Positions 50,931 through 64,000 of a stretch of 64,000 nucleotides of DNA are shown piece by piece. Under the pieces are notes generated by a model. The model did no database searches and was not told the origin of the DNA. It worked only from the letters and a program-made list of their open reading frames with translations. The position numbers were made by a program, and so were the translations under genes. This DNA is from Camelus ferus (Eukaryota). Location of the stretch: NCBI RefSeq assembly GCF_009834535.1, contig NC_045697.1, forward strand, positions 28,088,001 through 28,152,000, given 5' to 3'. Every line of letters begins with the position of its first letter. Position 1 is the stretch's first letter.

Positions 50931-53429
50931 TGCTGTCCAGAATCAGTGCTTCTTCCTTGTATTCTACCAATAAAGCAAACTGGAAAACATACCGGATTTT
51001 TTTTTTTCATTGTTACCCGCAGGCTATCATAATCTTAAATTTTTAAGTAATTGCCTCACCCCCGGAGTGTGGAGAATCAGAAAGGGACTTTATTTCAGTA
51101 AAACCGGCGTGTCTGGTTGAAACTTTTTCATTTAGGTATTTCATTGCATTATCTGGGATCAAAAGCTGACAAAGAAAGTTTGCTGTGTCCAAAAGAAAAG
51201 CATTTCTGCCGTCTTTATTATAGTTCCTTTTTTAAAAAAATATTTTTGAATTATTGGTACATTGACAAAATTCAAAAAGTTCAAGAGATCACAGTCTCCC
51301 CACCCGCCAGTATTACCAGTTTCTTGTGCATCTTTCCAGAGATTATGCCAATGTCCTTGCTTCTTTTTAAAAATGAAACTGCTGTGTATTAAGTGCTAGC
51401 AGTTACTGGTACCCAATAAATGGTAATTCTCATTCCTTTGAGAAACAGTTTAATAAGTCTTTTTGGTTGTTAGACCGCTGAAGAACTCATAATGATTTTT
51501 TTTCTGGTTTTAAGCATTTCGAATTTGATTTTATTGTGAATGTGTATGTTTTATTGGCTTGTCATAAATACGTGAATACTTTTTTACACAAAGGTGACAC
51601 TGATTTGGGGGGTAATAGGACGGGTAGGGAGAAATCAATATGATATTGTAAGAAAATAGGACAGTATATACAATAGATAGTTCCAAAAATGACTGGAAGC
51701 AACTTAGTGTCCACATACTACTATAGGGTAAAACAAAACTAAATGAGAAAATTGAGGCAGAGCAGGGAGAAAAAAAGACTACAAAGTCAAGGGTAAGATA
51801 TTAACAAGTGTGTACTGTAAGATCCCCTACTTGAGATGAGTCATAGTTTTGGCTCTGGGCTTCTCTAGCGGGTGGGGGTGGGGGGGTTGTAAAGTAAGTT
51901 TCAGTGTATTTCTAATTCCAAGAAGAGAAAAACAAACCAGTTCTTCTGCCTAAGCAGGGCATTTTGTAGTAATGAGGCCCAAGAGGAACATTTTTCTCAT
52001 GGGCCCTAATAAAAAGGGAGACTGTTGTGTTGTAGTTGACAACACCACCTTTAAAATACCCTTACAGAAAATGGTGACTTTTGGATAACAGTGTTCTTCA
52101 GTATAGAGCAATAGTAAGACTCTAAAGATAAGTTCTCTGCAGGCTTAACTTGAGCCATTTGTAAGTTTAGATTACCTAGAACCCTGTTTCCCAAACTGAG
52201 TTCTAAGGCATGAGAAATCAATAGTTTATTTCTTGAAATAAGGTTCCAAACTCAAAATAACTTTGAGATAGCTGGGTCAGACAAATTTCAAAGGTTTGTT
52301 TTTTTTTTTTAAACTCAATTCCTTGGCTAATGTTCAAGTTTACTCTCTTAAGGGGGGATATATTTTGTGACCCTGTCCAAATTTATTTGACTATGAAACA
52401 AATTGAGAACCAGTGAACCCATAGAAATGGATGGATTGCCTATTCTTCAGGTGATTCTTCGTGAATATTTCTTACAGCTGAGATTTGATAAGAATTAGGG
52501 AGCAAAGAGTTTGAGGTTAGCCAATTTATTAAGAACCAAAGTGAAGATAATCTAAAGGTCAGAATTTAATAGACTGTATATCAATGGAAAAGGCTACTTT
52601 TCCCCAGAGTTCTTTTATAGTTCTTCATTGTTCTGCAAATTGCCTTTTGAACCAGGTGATCTCTAAGACTTGTTCTGTGCTTCAGGGTATTCAGGGTCTT
52701 GAATTAGACTAGGTTAGGCAAGTAGAACTCCTTAAAGGATGGCTTTATTCTTGGATGTAAATATGTCATTGATTTTTTCTTTTTATCATAAATACTGTGG
52801 ATACTATTAATTAACTATGAAACCCCAGAATTCTGTAGCTGTAAGAGATCTTGGAAAGCATAGTACATAGTGGAAAGGGATTTGGAGCCAGAAAATCTGG
52901 AATTGTGCCACTAATGTGCAGGGTTGTTTCCAGTAAGTTTAGGAACCTCTCTGAATCTGTTTCCTTATTTGTAAGACTAGAATGATGACAGCACACAATT
53001 TATTCAATAGAGGTTGAGTATATTGAGAGTCCATTGGTACTGGGTAGTAGAAAAACTGCTTTAAGGATGCAAATGAAATAATGTATCAAGAATCCTTTAC
53101 TGTCTAGATTTTTTCCATTCCTGAGTGTAGATCACAAGAGTTTGAACGGCAAGGAATATCATCCTATCCAAATGTATTTGGTCCCTGAGTTTCAGATAGT
53201 AAGTAGTGAGAATTGAGAGAATAAAGGATTAGTCCAAAAACTTACTTGACTCTATTCAGTTCTTGTGTTTGGATTTTGAGAGTTTGGATAATGAGGGACA
53301 CTTCTATAAGAAAGTATTTGATAATTGATGCAGTGCTATGCAAAATGTTACCATTCTAAAGACAAATTGAAGGCCAGAGCTATTCATTGTCTTCACTCCA
53401 TTTGTGAGTGAGGGGTTTATTGAGTTTGT

Positions 53430-53810
53430 CAAGTAGGGTAAATAATGATGGGGATCAAAAGACCCTCACTTCTTAGTGGTTTAAAACAACAAAGGTTTGT
53501 TTCTCAGTCACATTACATGTCAGGTTAGGGTCAGCAGGAGAGCTCTGTTCCAGTAGTCATTTAGAGCCCCAGATTGTCAGTCTCCATCTCAACACCTGCT
53601 TCCATGTGTGTTAGGGCAGGGGAGAGGGTGTGATAAATTGCGCATTGGCTCTTAAAGGCTTCTACATGAAAGTAACTTCCACTGCCACTTCATTGGCCAA
53701 ACAAGTCATATGACTGCAACCCAGTTTCAAGAAGGTGGGGACGTGAAATTCTACCTTGAGCCCAGAAGGCGGAAAGTGGAAATAGTCTGTGGACAATCTT
53801 AAAGACTACG
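53430..53810 (-). mobile_element. Old MaLR LTR (MLT1J/K-like)
   Basis: cttagtggtttaaaacaacaaaggtttgtttctc...cattggccaaacaagtcatatgac. Confidence 0.65.
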
Positions 53811-56800
53811 ACTAAGCAGACTTCATAGTCCCATATGTTAACACAAAATTCTGAATAAATCAAATCCAGATTATGTTTTTCAGTATTCTATTTAGAGAAT
53901 AGAAAACAGCATTTCTTTGTGTATATTTAATCATAGAATTATGCTAATGATAATTATAAAGAACATCTTTTGTTAATTGGAACTGAAATGCTTTTGAAAA
54001 CTTCCAATTAGATGAACCGTTTGGCCAAGTGGATTTCATTATTCTTTAATTATATGTCCATTCAGTAAATATTTGTTAAATACGGTGTGTATGCAGCACT
54101 ACGTTAGATCCCATGAGGATAAAAAAGATGACTGGAAAATTTACACCCCAACAGAAAATAGCTATAATTGAGTTCTCACTCTTTCCCTTTCTCTTTAAAA
54201 CAACATTAACAGCGTCTTTCAATATGACAAAACCTGATTATGTACACAAACACCGTTACACTTTGCCTCTAACCATCTTTTTTGGTCTTAGAGATTATTT
54301 GGTGACAACTTATAGAGAATTACTTAAACTAATTTAAGCAAAAAGAGTGTTTTGTCAGAAAAAGGATATAGCTTTATGTCAAACAAGGGCAGGAAGTGCG
54401 GCTGAGTCTCAGAGGCACCTGGCATCAATAACAGAAAACCAGGATGGGGGCTGCTTTCCCTCTCCAGGTCTATATGATTTTTGTCAGTGTCTCTCTCTGC
54501 ACATATACTTCATTCCTCTTTTTCTCTGTTGACTCGTTTTCTCTATTTTGCTGTTAAATGGGTGTGTTTAACCTAAGAGTTCACATGCTAGAAGCCTTTA
54601 GCCATTACAGAAGAACTAATTTTTTTCAAAGTGCCACATCTTGATTAGTTTGTAAGTTAACCACTATCAGAATTTGGAAATAATAGAGTTGGCCTAAAGT
54701 ATAACAAGTTAGGTTAATTGACAACTTTGTAATAGGGAAGGAGGCAGTTCTAATAGCCTAAGATGAAAGAAACCTGTGATGCTGGTGAAAGTTCTACTGC
54801 ATAATTAACATCAGCTTGCAAATCTAGTGGGACAGGCTGATTAGAATAATCAGGATAAGAAGGTAGAACTGGAGCTGACTTGCAGCAACAATATCCCCTC
54901 CCTGAACACTGGCAAATGCCATCCCCATTGTAATCCTTTCATCCATCCCTTTTCCCTCTCCCAAGGTACAGATTACTGAGTTGTCTAACTCTTATTAAGA
55001 CGCCTACTTTTGATGCTGATACATACAGGGCTCCTTGGTTTTTCCCCCTGGCCAATAATGCAGGAAGATGGAAGTACTTAATCTACTGCCTTTCTCTGCT
55101 CTTTTCTTCCCTCCAAATTGATCTGGACTCTACTCGGACACTTCACCCTTTAACATTCTATTGCCGTATTTCTCCACCAATGTAACCTATTTTTATTCTC
55201 AATAAATTTCCATTCTTTTTCTGTAAACTTTGTGCTTAGCTTCTCTAGCGAAGTTGGCATTCTTTACCTATGCAATATCGCCTTTCTTCTTGGTTGAAAA
55301 ACATCCATAGCTTCACATCAGCAGATGGCTGAACGGATGGACTGTGGTGAGGTAGTACATGTTTCCTGGAAGAGGGGATCCCCAGAAAAAAAGAGTAACA
55401 ACACAGGAAGTTGAGTGAAAGCTGTGAATGACTTCAGGTGGGGTTGGTCAGGAATATATATTAGGCTAAAAAAAGAGACAAAAAAAAGAAGGGACTTGGG
55501 TTCAGTTTGTAGAACATCTGGAATGTCTTTCTAAGACATTCTTACAGTCTTGTTGCTGTGCAAATGAATGGGTCTTCCTGGATTCAGATTCAGAACTACC
55601 GTAAGTGTCTTTACTCAGAAGGGTATCAGAGAGAAACCACAGGCTGCCAGCAAGGCCGCAGCACATGTGCCTCATTAGTGGTTGTGATCCTCACAGCAGG
55701 TCATGCAAGCAGGTCATGTCGCCAACTGGGAGACAGTGTGCCACGTGAAGGCTCAGGTGTGAGCACACAAAGCTCACATCAGGTAGTGACAGAGCTGATT
55801 TGACTTAAAAAAAACCTCATGTCCCACAGAAGACAGTATCTCTTATGTGACTTCATAGGCTTAACTTCCCGGGTCCCCACAAGGGATAAGCCAATTACAA
55901 GAGCCATCACACTTAGTAAAGTCAAAGCTATGGCTTCCTATGAGGTATTCACAATTCATTTACTGTTCCTCTGAGTCCAGATGCAAATTTACTAATCAGG
56001 GGGATCATTTTTACTGTAAGCATTGTTGCCTGGTAACGTAGTTGACATACCTGTTTCCATCAGGTTGCCAGGGGAATAGAGGTAAGAGAGTTAACTGAAG
56101 GTTATTGGCAAAAGGGAAAAAGATTTGACCCACACTTGTCCACAGTGTCTTCCATTGTCCTTTTCATGTGGGAAGTATTCAGCAATATTCATTTGGTTTA
56201 CTTTGATGTATTGTGTTTCAACTATTTTTATGACAGGAAAAGTGTGAAACAGGAGTTGAGAGTAGGGAGGTAAGGCTGGGCAGTTCAGCTAGGACTACTA
56301 GATTGTTAAAAAGCACTGAATTCCGTACTAAAGATCTTGGCTTTTATTTATCTTGTAGATGTTCAGGGAGGAAAAAAAAAAGCTTTGAGGAAGAATGATG
56401 TGGTCAAGAATGACACTTCGGAAGGTCACTTTGGCTGTAGTGTGGAGAGTAGATTAGAGGAGATTCAGATTTGAGGCTGGTTGGTTCATTTCTACTAAGT
56501 ATTTACCTTCTTTTGGGGAGGTATTTCTTGGTAAGCAGAAAGAAGGAATACTCAGTTCTGTGTTTTGCAGGAGTTTAGAACTGCTGGACAGATTCTGCAT
56601 GATCCATTAGACGGGCCTGAACCAGATCGTCTTTCTAAATTTATTTGCCACTCCCCTACCCACAACTTGGAGACTGGGTGTTTGGGAGGATTACTCTGAA
56701 CTGCCTCCTAAGAACATTGGATTAACACTAAGAAATAATCCTAACGTCCACTGGTCTTCCCTGATCACCATTTGACTCACTAGTATGCCGTATTTTGCTT

Positions 56801-58103
56801 TTTGCCAGAGTTAAATTATAGAAGTCTTTTGGTGGCTTTTTCTCTTCTTTCTTTCGTTTTTGTTTTTTTTTTTTTTTTTTTTTTAAAGTCGGTTGTACAG
56901 CAAGCCAGGGAGTTTCTTTAATGGCTAACTGGTTTAACATTTGCAGTGATTAACCGTTTCTAATTACAAGAAGTTGTGAAACACAGCGCTTCACGTTTTC
57001 TCCTCTCACTGCTTACGGCACCCTTTTTACCCTTTCCTTACCCAGATTACACCATTCCATCTAATATAAAATACAGGTTATAAAATCTGATTGGTCCTAC
57101 TGCAGAACCAAGTTGATCTGTCGTGGTCGGCTCATTGTGTTCAAAGAACTCAGGCAATTTTGCTTGATTCTATTTGTGTCTATAGAGTACTGATTGATTA
57201 CTTTTTCCCAGCATCATAAAGCTGCAGAGAAGACAGAAACACTTACTGGATTTGGTTCAGGTCAGTAAAAGATAAAATTATGGCTATCCAGATTATTACT
57301 TTTTATGGCACAGAAGACAGCTAGGTGCACATGCCAAACCTAAAGTATGCAGCAGGAATTGAGCAGTGGTTTGCCATCATATTTATGGTATTATAGTTTT
57401 CATCCTTGGGCCACAGCAAATATATACTTAAATTCACAAAATCTGAGGAGTAGGTGGCAAGGAAATCTTTCTTTTTTACCTGTTGTCAAGTCAAAGATCT
57501 ATTTTAAAAAGTAAATACTCTGTTATAATCTTGCTATGGTTTCCATAATACCCATTGTGATAACTTTTATAGATGAGTTTGGGGATAAAAAGGCCGTATA
57601 ATATTAATTTAGCAGGTTTTTAAAATTTTACTTGCTCTGCTACCAGTCACTAGTACCATCTGAGGGATGAAAAGGCACTTTTGATGTTAATGTGGGTTAA
57701 CACTTCATCCTGTAAGAAGTAATGACAGAAATTGGGAGGGAGCCAAGTGGGGTGAAATAAAAGTCACATGGGCACTAAACTGCAATTATGATGAACTTAA
57801 CAATATTTTATTATATTGGGAGTGATGTGTTAAGTACCCTTTTTTTCTTGTGTAGTGCCTATTTGATTTTAGTTTGGTCATCTTATTGGTGAAGCGTTTA
57901 AGTCTGCTCTCCCGCTTTCTTCTGGACCTTGATAACCTAGATAACAAATCAACTGTGCTCTTAATCTGCCTCCCAAGTTGGACGATGTGGGAAATACTTC
58001 CTCAACCTTCTCACAAGGTAGTTGCGAGTTGTGAATGAGACTACTTTAAAAACAAGAAGCAATGTGGTGTACTTGAATGTGTATGGTCTTTAGAGAGACC
58101 TAG

Positions 58104-59220
58104 GAGACGGCTCTGCTGCTCTGCAACCCAGCAGAGGGGTCCAGACTCCTCGCCCTAACTTTCTGATGACCCCTTCTTTGACTTTGGACTTGATTCTTTG
58201 TAGCAGTAGCCTTCTTCCCTTTGGGAAGCCAAAGAGTGTGGTGTTTTGAGCTATATATGTGGCTGCTATTTTTATCTTGTCTGTTGTAATGTGAGGAACT
58301 CCTCTGGGTGGGCCTGGTGAGGAAGGAGCCGGCTGTGTGAGGAGCCAGAGCGTGGGGTCCCTGAGCGCTGTGGGCAGATCCAGGAGCAGCTGAGTGGCCT
58401 AGGATTACGGATGACCCCAGAGTGCACTGCAGGGAGGGCAGTGATGTCAGAGCACAGACGAGGACAGCACTCTTTGGATCTGAACGGGACACTGACTTGA
58501 AGGACTCTGGACAGCAGGCTGTGATGGACACTGGCCATGTTCTTAAAGGATACTTCTCACGGCAAGAGGCAGGGTGGTCAGAGCTTTTGGGGGCTTGGTT
58601 AGGTCTCCCAGAGGAGGGCTGTTGTGTTTTGCAAGTTGGATTAGGGAGAGGCCCAGGTCCAGGCTTAGAATGCTATCGATGCTGATCGGTCACCTTGGGA
58701 AGCCAGATGTCACCTGCACCACCTGACTCCCTGGAACACGGAACCGCCCTGCAGACACGCGTGGGCCTCCTGGGCTGTCCCGCTAACACCTGTCGCCGAG
58801 TCATTGCTCCCGGGGCCCAGCACGTCCTTGACCTCCAGCTGGCCAGTTCGCTCTTCACCAAGAGGGGGTGCCCACCGAAGGGGGAGCCTCCTCAAGGTGT
58901 TGATCAGGCCATTCTGAGCTTTTGCACCTGTGCAGCGGCCCTCCGTCTGTGTGGACTGCAGCTCGAGCCAGGGCCTGTGCACTGAGGCAGTGGGGTCCTT
59001 TCTTGGCGTGTAGGGGTGGGTGCTGCAGGGGCTGCCAGCCTGGGTGTGCACTTGGGGAGCTCCTGTTTGCAGTGATGGCGTTTGGAAGGGGTTAGCTCTC
59101 TGATACCCATGCCATGTCCATCCACCCCACCCCTTTTCCAGTCATGAGCACAATGGTCTTACATTGGATTTTTGTAAAAAAATAAAATAAAATGAGACTC
59201 TAACTCAAAAAAAAAAAAAA
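58104..59220 (+). pseudogene. 5'-truncated processed retrocopy of an mRNA 3' UTR
   Basis: A GC-rich, CpG-retaining block of about 1.1 kb in an AT-rich intron. It ends in overlapping AATAAA (59181-59186, 59186-59191) followed by A14 (59207-59220), and appears to split a MIR-like element. Confidence 0.75.
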
Positions 59221-59879
59221 TTGAATTCAGATTGAACCCTGCTGCTCACCAGAGACATGCAACCTCACTTCACATCAGTATCCTCACGTGTGAGGGGAAA
59301 GGGGAATGAACCCTGTTTGCCCGAGTGTCTGTGACAACTAAATGCCCCACTCAATATAAAGTATTACGCTTGTTATCGTCCACATTGACACAATCAGGAA
59401 ATAGTAGCTGCTATTACAAATCTAGATTCTTACTCACTTGCACATGCTACTTACTTAATCCCATTTAACTGAAGAGAAAACCAGAGATTGAGGAGGAGGT
59501 GAAGCGTTTTGTCCAAATTGTACATCTGGCTGGGGAGTGGCTCAGTTATTGACTCATGTTCTTGGGACATCATCTCGATTAGTAGGCTGCCACTAACCAG
59601 TGATAATGCGGGAGAATGACAGCAGAAGCACCCCCACCAGCTACCTCTGAACTGACCCATGGCTTTAACCTGATGCACTCTATTCCCTTTATAAGTTATA
59701 CTTACCCATCCCAAGAGCTAACTGATCACTGGCGGATGGGTAGGCGGTTCCACAGCAGACCCACGCGACTCTGTGCCTACCTCTTGAGTTGGGTACTTAC
59801 CAAAAGTTGGTTGTGTTTGTTCACAGACCTGTTTTTAACAGTTATTCTTGTTATAGTAACTATAAAATCTTTGTAGACA

Positions 59880-60600
59880 TGTAAATTAATGAGAGTATAA
59901 GGAAAAGAGAATTCATTCTTGGAAAATTAAGTTGACTGCTTTGGAACATCATCTCAACATAAGTGAATTGTTAACAAATTTGCTGTCAAATTTGATGAAG
60001 GCTGGATAACTGTAAAAGACGGGGGAGGGGGGCGGAATCATCAAAAGTATAAAGCAGAGCCTGTCAAAGTGCCCAAGTTCATGGTCCAGCTAACTGGTCT
60101 TTAGACTGTTAGTGGTTCTCAAGGAAATAAGGACCCCACACCAGAATGTAAATTAACTACATCACTAAGCACTCTGTTTGGTTCAGCTAACAGTTTTTTC
60201 GTGGTAAGACTTTCCCCTTGAAGGAAGCAGTGCATTAATTTACATTCTGGCACAGGCTTTTTGTCGCGTGGTGGATAGACCACTGGTCTAATGGATTCTG
60301 TATTCATATTCTTTCAGAAGTGCTTTCAAGTTTTGTCTCCATTTATAGAAATCATAAGTGGAAATCATAGATGATGGGTCATTGTGGGCATGGCTTATGC
60401 AAGAAAGAGGGCACAAACGTAGCAAGAGACCCACATCAAATATATGGCATTAACCCTATATGAAAAGATTTGTGAATGAATGTGCATTTATGTTGAAATA
60501 AAATCTTTAAGGATATGTAAATATAATTTTTATGATTACTGACTTTTTCATTTAATGGAGTAACTATAGGTTTCATCCAGCAAGAGGGCTTTTATTATCC
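59880..60600 (+). mobile_element. Ancient Tigger (Tigger15-like) transposase relic with a nested hAT/MER5-like piece at about 60110-60290
   Basis: Degraded Tigger HTH-like coding remnants (...gaaatcatagatgatgggtcattgtgggcatggcttatgcaagaaaga...). The nested piece is bounded by tagtggttctcaa...agaccactgg. Confidence 0.5.
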
Positions 60601-63600
60601 TCAGAGTTCCAGCTTAACTGGAAATATGTCTTCGACTTCTGCAGCTGTCTTAGCATCCTCTGCACACCTTTGTGTTTTTTGATCATGTTGTACTGCAGTT
60701 TTTAAATTGAATGTCAGTTCTCGTATTGTAAGTGCTTGAAATGCCATAGTAGCCCTTTCTGTAGCCTTCATGGAGTTTCCACTCTAGGAGAGAAAGCAAG
60801 CATTAAATAATTTCAATGAAATTATTGAGCTATCTGAGCAAGTAGTTTGGGTTGCTGTGTGATCGTATAACAAGGAGACATAGTTTAAAGGTTAAAATTT
60901 GTCCCATTTTCACCTTGATCTTGTGTAAGTATGCAAAGGGTACCCAAAGAAATAAAATCCTTGTCTTAGATGGCTTTTTCCACGAGATCACACTTCAATT
61001 TTCAATGTATAGCAGAGTTCTCAATTGCTGAGCTTTCAATCTACCATATAACTTACAAAGCTAAATCTCTCACCTTGTTACAGCTGAATTCAAATTAGAT
61101 ACTTATTTTTAGTTTTCATTTACTGATAAAATCAGAAATATACCCCAAATATTTTTAACACAGCGAAAGATTTGACATCGTGCTAGAAATCTAATTTTGG
61201 ATTTCAGAGTGTATTCTAAGCTTTTTTTCATTACGAAATAAATTTTGATGTCATGTGTTTGTAAAACATAGTGAAAAGAACGCAAAGATAACCAGTGTTA
61301 ATGGCCCAGGAGTCATTTCTCTACACTTTAAATTTCTGATTTCTTAAATAAATTGATTTTTAATTGTAAGCTAAATATGGCTCTAGATCCCATTTTCCTA
61401 GCTATTTGGTTGGTAGATACATAATTAAAGCTAAATTTGTCTGAAGCTACACTCAGCCATCCTGAAACTATCCTTCTTACTTTCTTATTTATGTTACTAT
61501 TACCACTCTTCTTCCAGTTGCCCAGGTTTGAAAATACTGTCATCTATTTGTCATCCTGTCCATTTGCCACAGATATTTTATCAGATCTGTCTCTGTAATA
61601 TCTTTAACATCCATCCGCCTTTCAGGCCTCATTGCTTCCAAACAAGGTTACTGTCCTCTCACTTCAAAGAATTTTCTAACTGGTATTCCTACCCATAGCA
61701 TCTTGCCTCACAAATCCATTCTTTACTTGCCAAATTAATTTTTTTGAGGCATACCTCTAAAATCTCAACTCAAGAACCTCATTCTCTCCCAAATAAAGGA
61801 CATACTCCCTGATAATTCATCAAGGGTTTCATTCAAAACTTTCTCCTCCTATATTTTTAGATCTTTCAAATCACAGTCTGTGTCATTCATTTATTTCATT
61901 TACTCTTTGGTTTAAATCCAATAAATGAATGCCATGCACTCTACAAGTTGTTAGGGATAGAGTGGCCCTTGACCTGATGAATTTTCCTGTCTGTTTTTTC
62001 ATCTGTGAGTTCTTTCTGCGTACAGTACAATTTGTTGAGTTTACATAAATAACAGGATTTTTTTTTTAATTTCTAATACTTGCTCTTTATGATGTTGAAG
62101 AAGAGGTAAAGAATATCTGATATATTTCTGGAATTAAAGTTAAAATTAAATCTCAAAACTTTTCTGATATTTTTCTGCTATCATACATTTTTAAATGTTA
62201 CCGAAATTATAGCAGTCTTCAAAATTTTTTTAAATAAGCCAAATTTTGAAAAAAGACGTAATATGACAGAGTTTTAAAAGTATCCTGGAATTACCAAACT
62301 TTAAAGGGTTCTTTGAAATTATGTGTTGTCATTTTTTTAATTGTTGAGGGAAAACTTGGGGAGGTGAAGTGCTGCTGAGTTAGTACAGTAATATTAATTC
62401 TGGGTGTGTTTTATGTGATATATATAACACATTTAAAACTATAGAGATAGATCCATTAAAATTGATTACTCATAAAACAAATACTGTTGTCTTAAAATCT
62501 CTATGTGAAGAGAGGTTTGTATAACGATTACCCACATAAACCAGTTGGCAGAATGGCTGCAACTCGAACTGTTGAGAGAAGCCATAGCTTTAAAAGCCAC
62601 ACTGTTGAAGTGAGCCCATCTGCAGTCTATCTTAATGACATTTCAGTGTTACTGTTGTAACACTGAATAGTATCATCTTTTAAATTCACAAACTAACATT
62701 TGAGCAGTTTTGAAGCAGAAATTGCATGTGAATTCCTTAATTACATTTTGAAAAATGTATTCATAATCGACACTTAATCTATTTTAAATAGGGTGTGAGC
62801 TTTTGTATCTCAAGTTTAAGTGAAGCAAAGTTACTTTGAAAAGGTACAGAATATAATTTGATAATCAGTTTGAAGAAAGTTTTGTGTCAGTATGAAAAGA
62901 CATTTGCTGTTTAGCCAACAGATTTCAAAGTGATAAAAATTTTATGCCTTAAGAATGAAATAGAAAAAAGAAATTCTTAAAGCAACATATTGTGATTTTT
63001 CTCTTAGGTTGAAAAATACTGAAAAGGTTTTTGTTGCCAGAGGTAAATGTTTTCTAATATTCTTTTTAACATTTGGTTCTTTATTTTATAATTTAAAAAA
63101 TGTACAGTATAAGTATATACCTTTTATTATTGCTCTTACAGTTGTTGGATTCATTCTTTCATTAGAGAAATATTTATTGAGCACCTGTCTTTCAGGTACT
63201 GTTTTAAGTGCTAAGGGCTAAAACAATGAACCAAGTCAGTCTCTACTGCAGCTAACTTTGTAGTGAGGATAAAGATAACAAATAAGGGAGAGAACAGCTA
63301 ATATATCAGGTGGTAGTAAGTACTACAAGAAAACCCAGGAGGCTCAAGGGGATAGAAAATGATGAGGGGGTCTAGTTAATGTGGAGTAGCCCATGCAGGC
63401 CACTTTGGTAATTTAACAATGTAATAACTTTTAATATGTGTTGATCTTTCATAAATAATTACCCTAGGAAGTACTACTCATCAGAGCTGGAAGAATATTT
63501 GAGTGAAACAATATTAAATTACATGGTAGAACTTGATGGGACAGAAAAAGTGTTATTTAAATAAATGCTGAATTCCATGCCATGAAAGCATTAATGTTTA

Positions 63601-64000
63601 AATTTACTACATATTTTTCCTAAAGTATTTGATCCAAGAATTCAATTAAGGTAGAAAATAGTTCTGTGAACCCGTTTCTAACTTTGGGGCTATAAGAAGC
63701 TACTTTACCAAAAAGATAATTTTTAATGTATTTTGTTAGAATGAAGATTTTCCTGCAAGGTACCCATGCTTAGACAGGCTTAAGCTTAGGCAAAAATTAT
63801 TAAATTAGAGATCTAGCTGTAAGGGATTTTGAGCAAATTCTGTCTTTGAGGAGTATTTTCTAGTTTTGCTTGCCTAAATTCTCCCCATTTGTCAGCATTT
63901 CTCGTAATCAATTTGACATTTACAATTTTTTTAGTAATACTGATTTTTTTTAAAACTTTAATTTTATTTAAATATTCTATTTTAATTGTTATTTTTGTCC

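Noticed and set aside
49936..51046. Long ORFs (up to 328 aa) on both strands
   Set aside because: Stop-poor GC-rich CpG island with low-complexity P/G/R/A composition and no BTB or Kelch similarity.
55318..55331. CTCF-like motif tcagcagatggctg
   Set aside because: Partial match that could equally be an E-box. A single short motif cannot be supported without ChIP data.
58100..59125. ORFs within the retrocopy
   Set aside because: No recognisable protein. The sequence has 3'-UTR character and the ORFs are explained by GC content.

Overview
Mammalian genomic DNA, AT-rich and rich in repeats; there is no prokaryotic content. The young L1 3' ends and the apparent absence of Alu, Bov-tA, PRE-1 and Can-SINE elements suggest a cetartiodactyl, probably a camelid (inference). 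The window holds the complete 7-exon CDS of TMEM156 on the minus strand (ATG 38104, TGA 578-580). All introns are GT-AG and the CDS is 942 nt (313 aa). A CpG island at about 50.05-50.93 kb has a plus-strand donor at 50638/50639 and is most likely the non-coding first exon of the head-to-head neighbour KLHL5. That call rests on synteny only, since no KLHL5 coding sequence is in the window. The rest is L1, MaLR/ERV LTR, MIR/L2 and Tigger/hAT relics plus microsatellites. Four observations stand out. (1) A candidate 100-nt cassette exon, combined with a NAGNAG acceptor, would switch TMEM156 between a 133-aa alternative-frame tail and an immediate stop. (2) The C-terminus is 17 aa longer than the human protein as I recall it. 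(3) An in-frame uORF ends 3 nt before the TMEM156 ATG. (4) A sense-oriented 3'-UTR retrocopy with poly(A) signals sits in the putative KLHL5 intron 1. All four are hypotheses from manual reading, and repeat family names are unverified.
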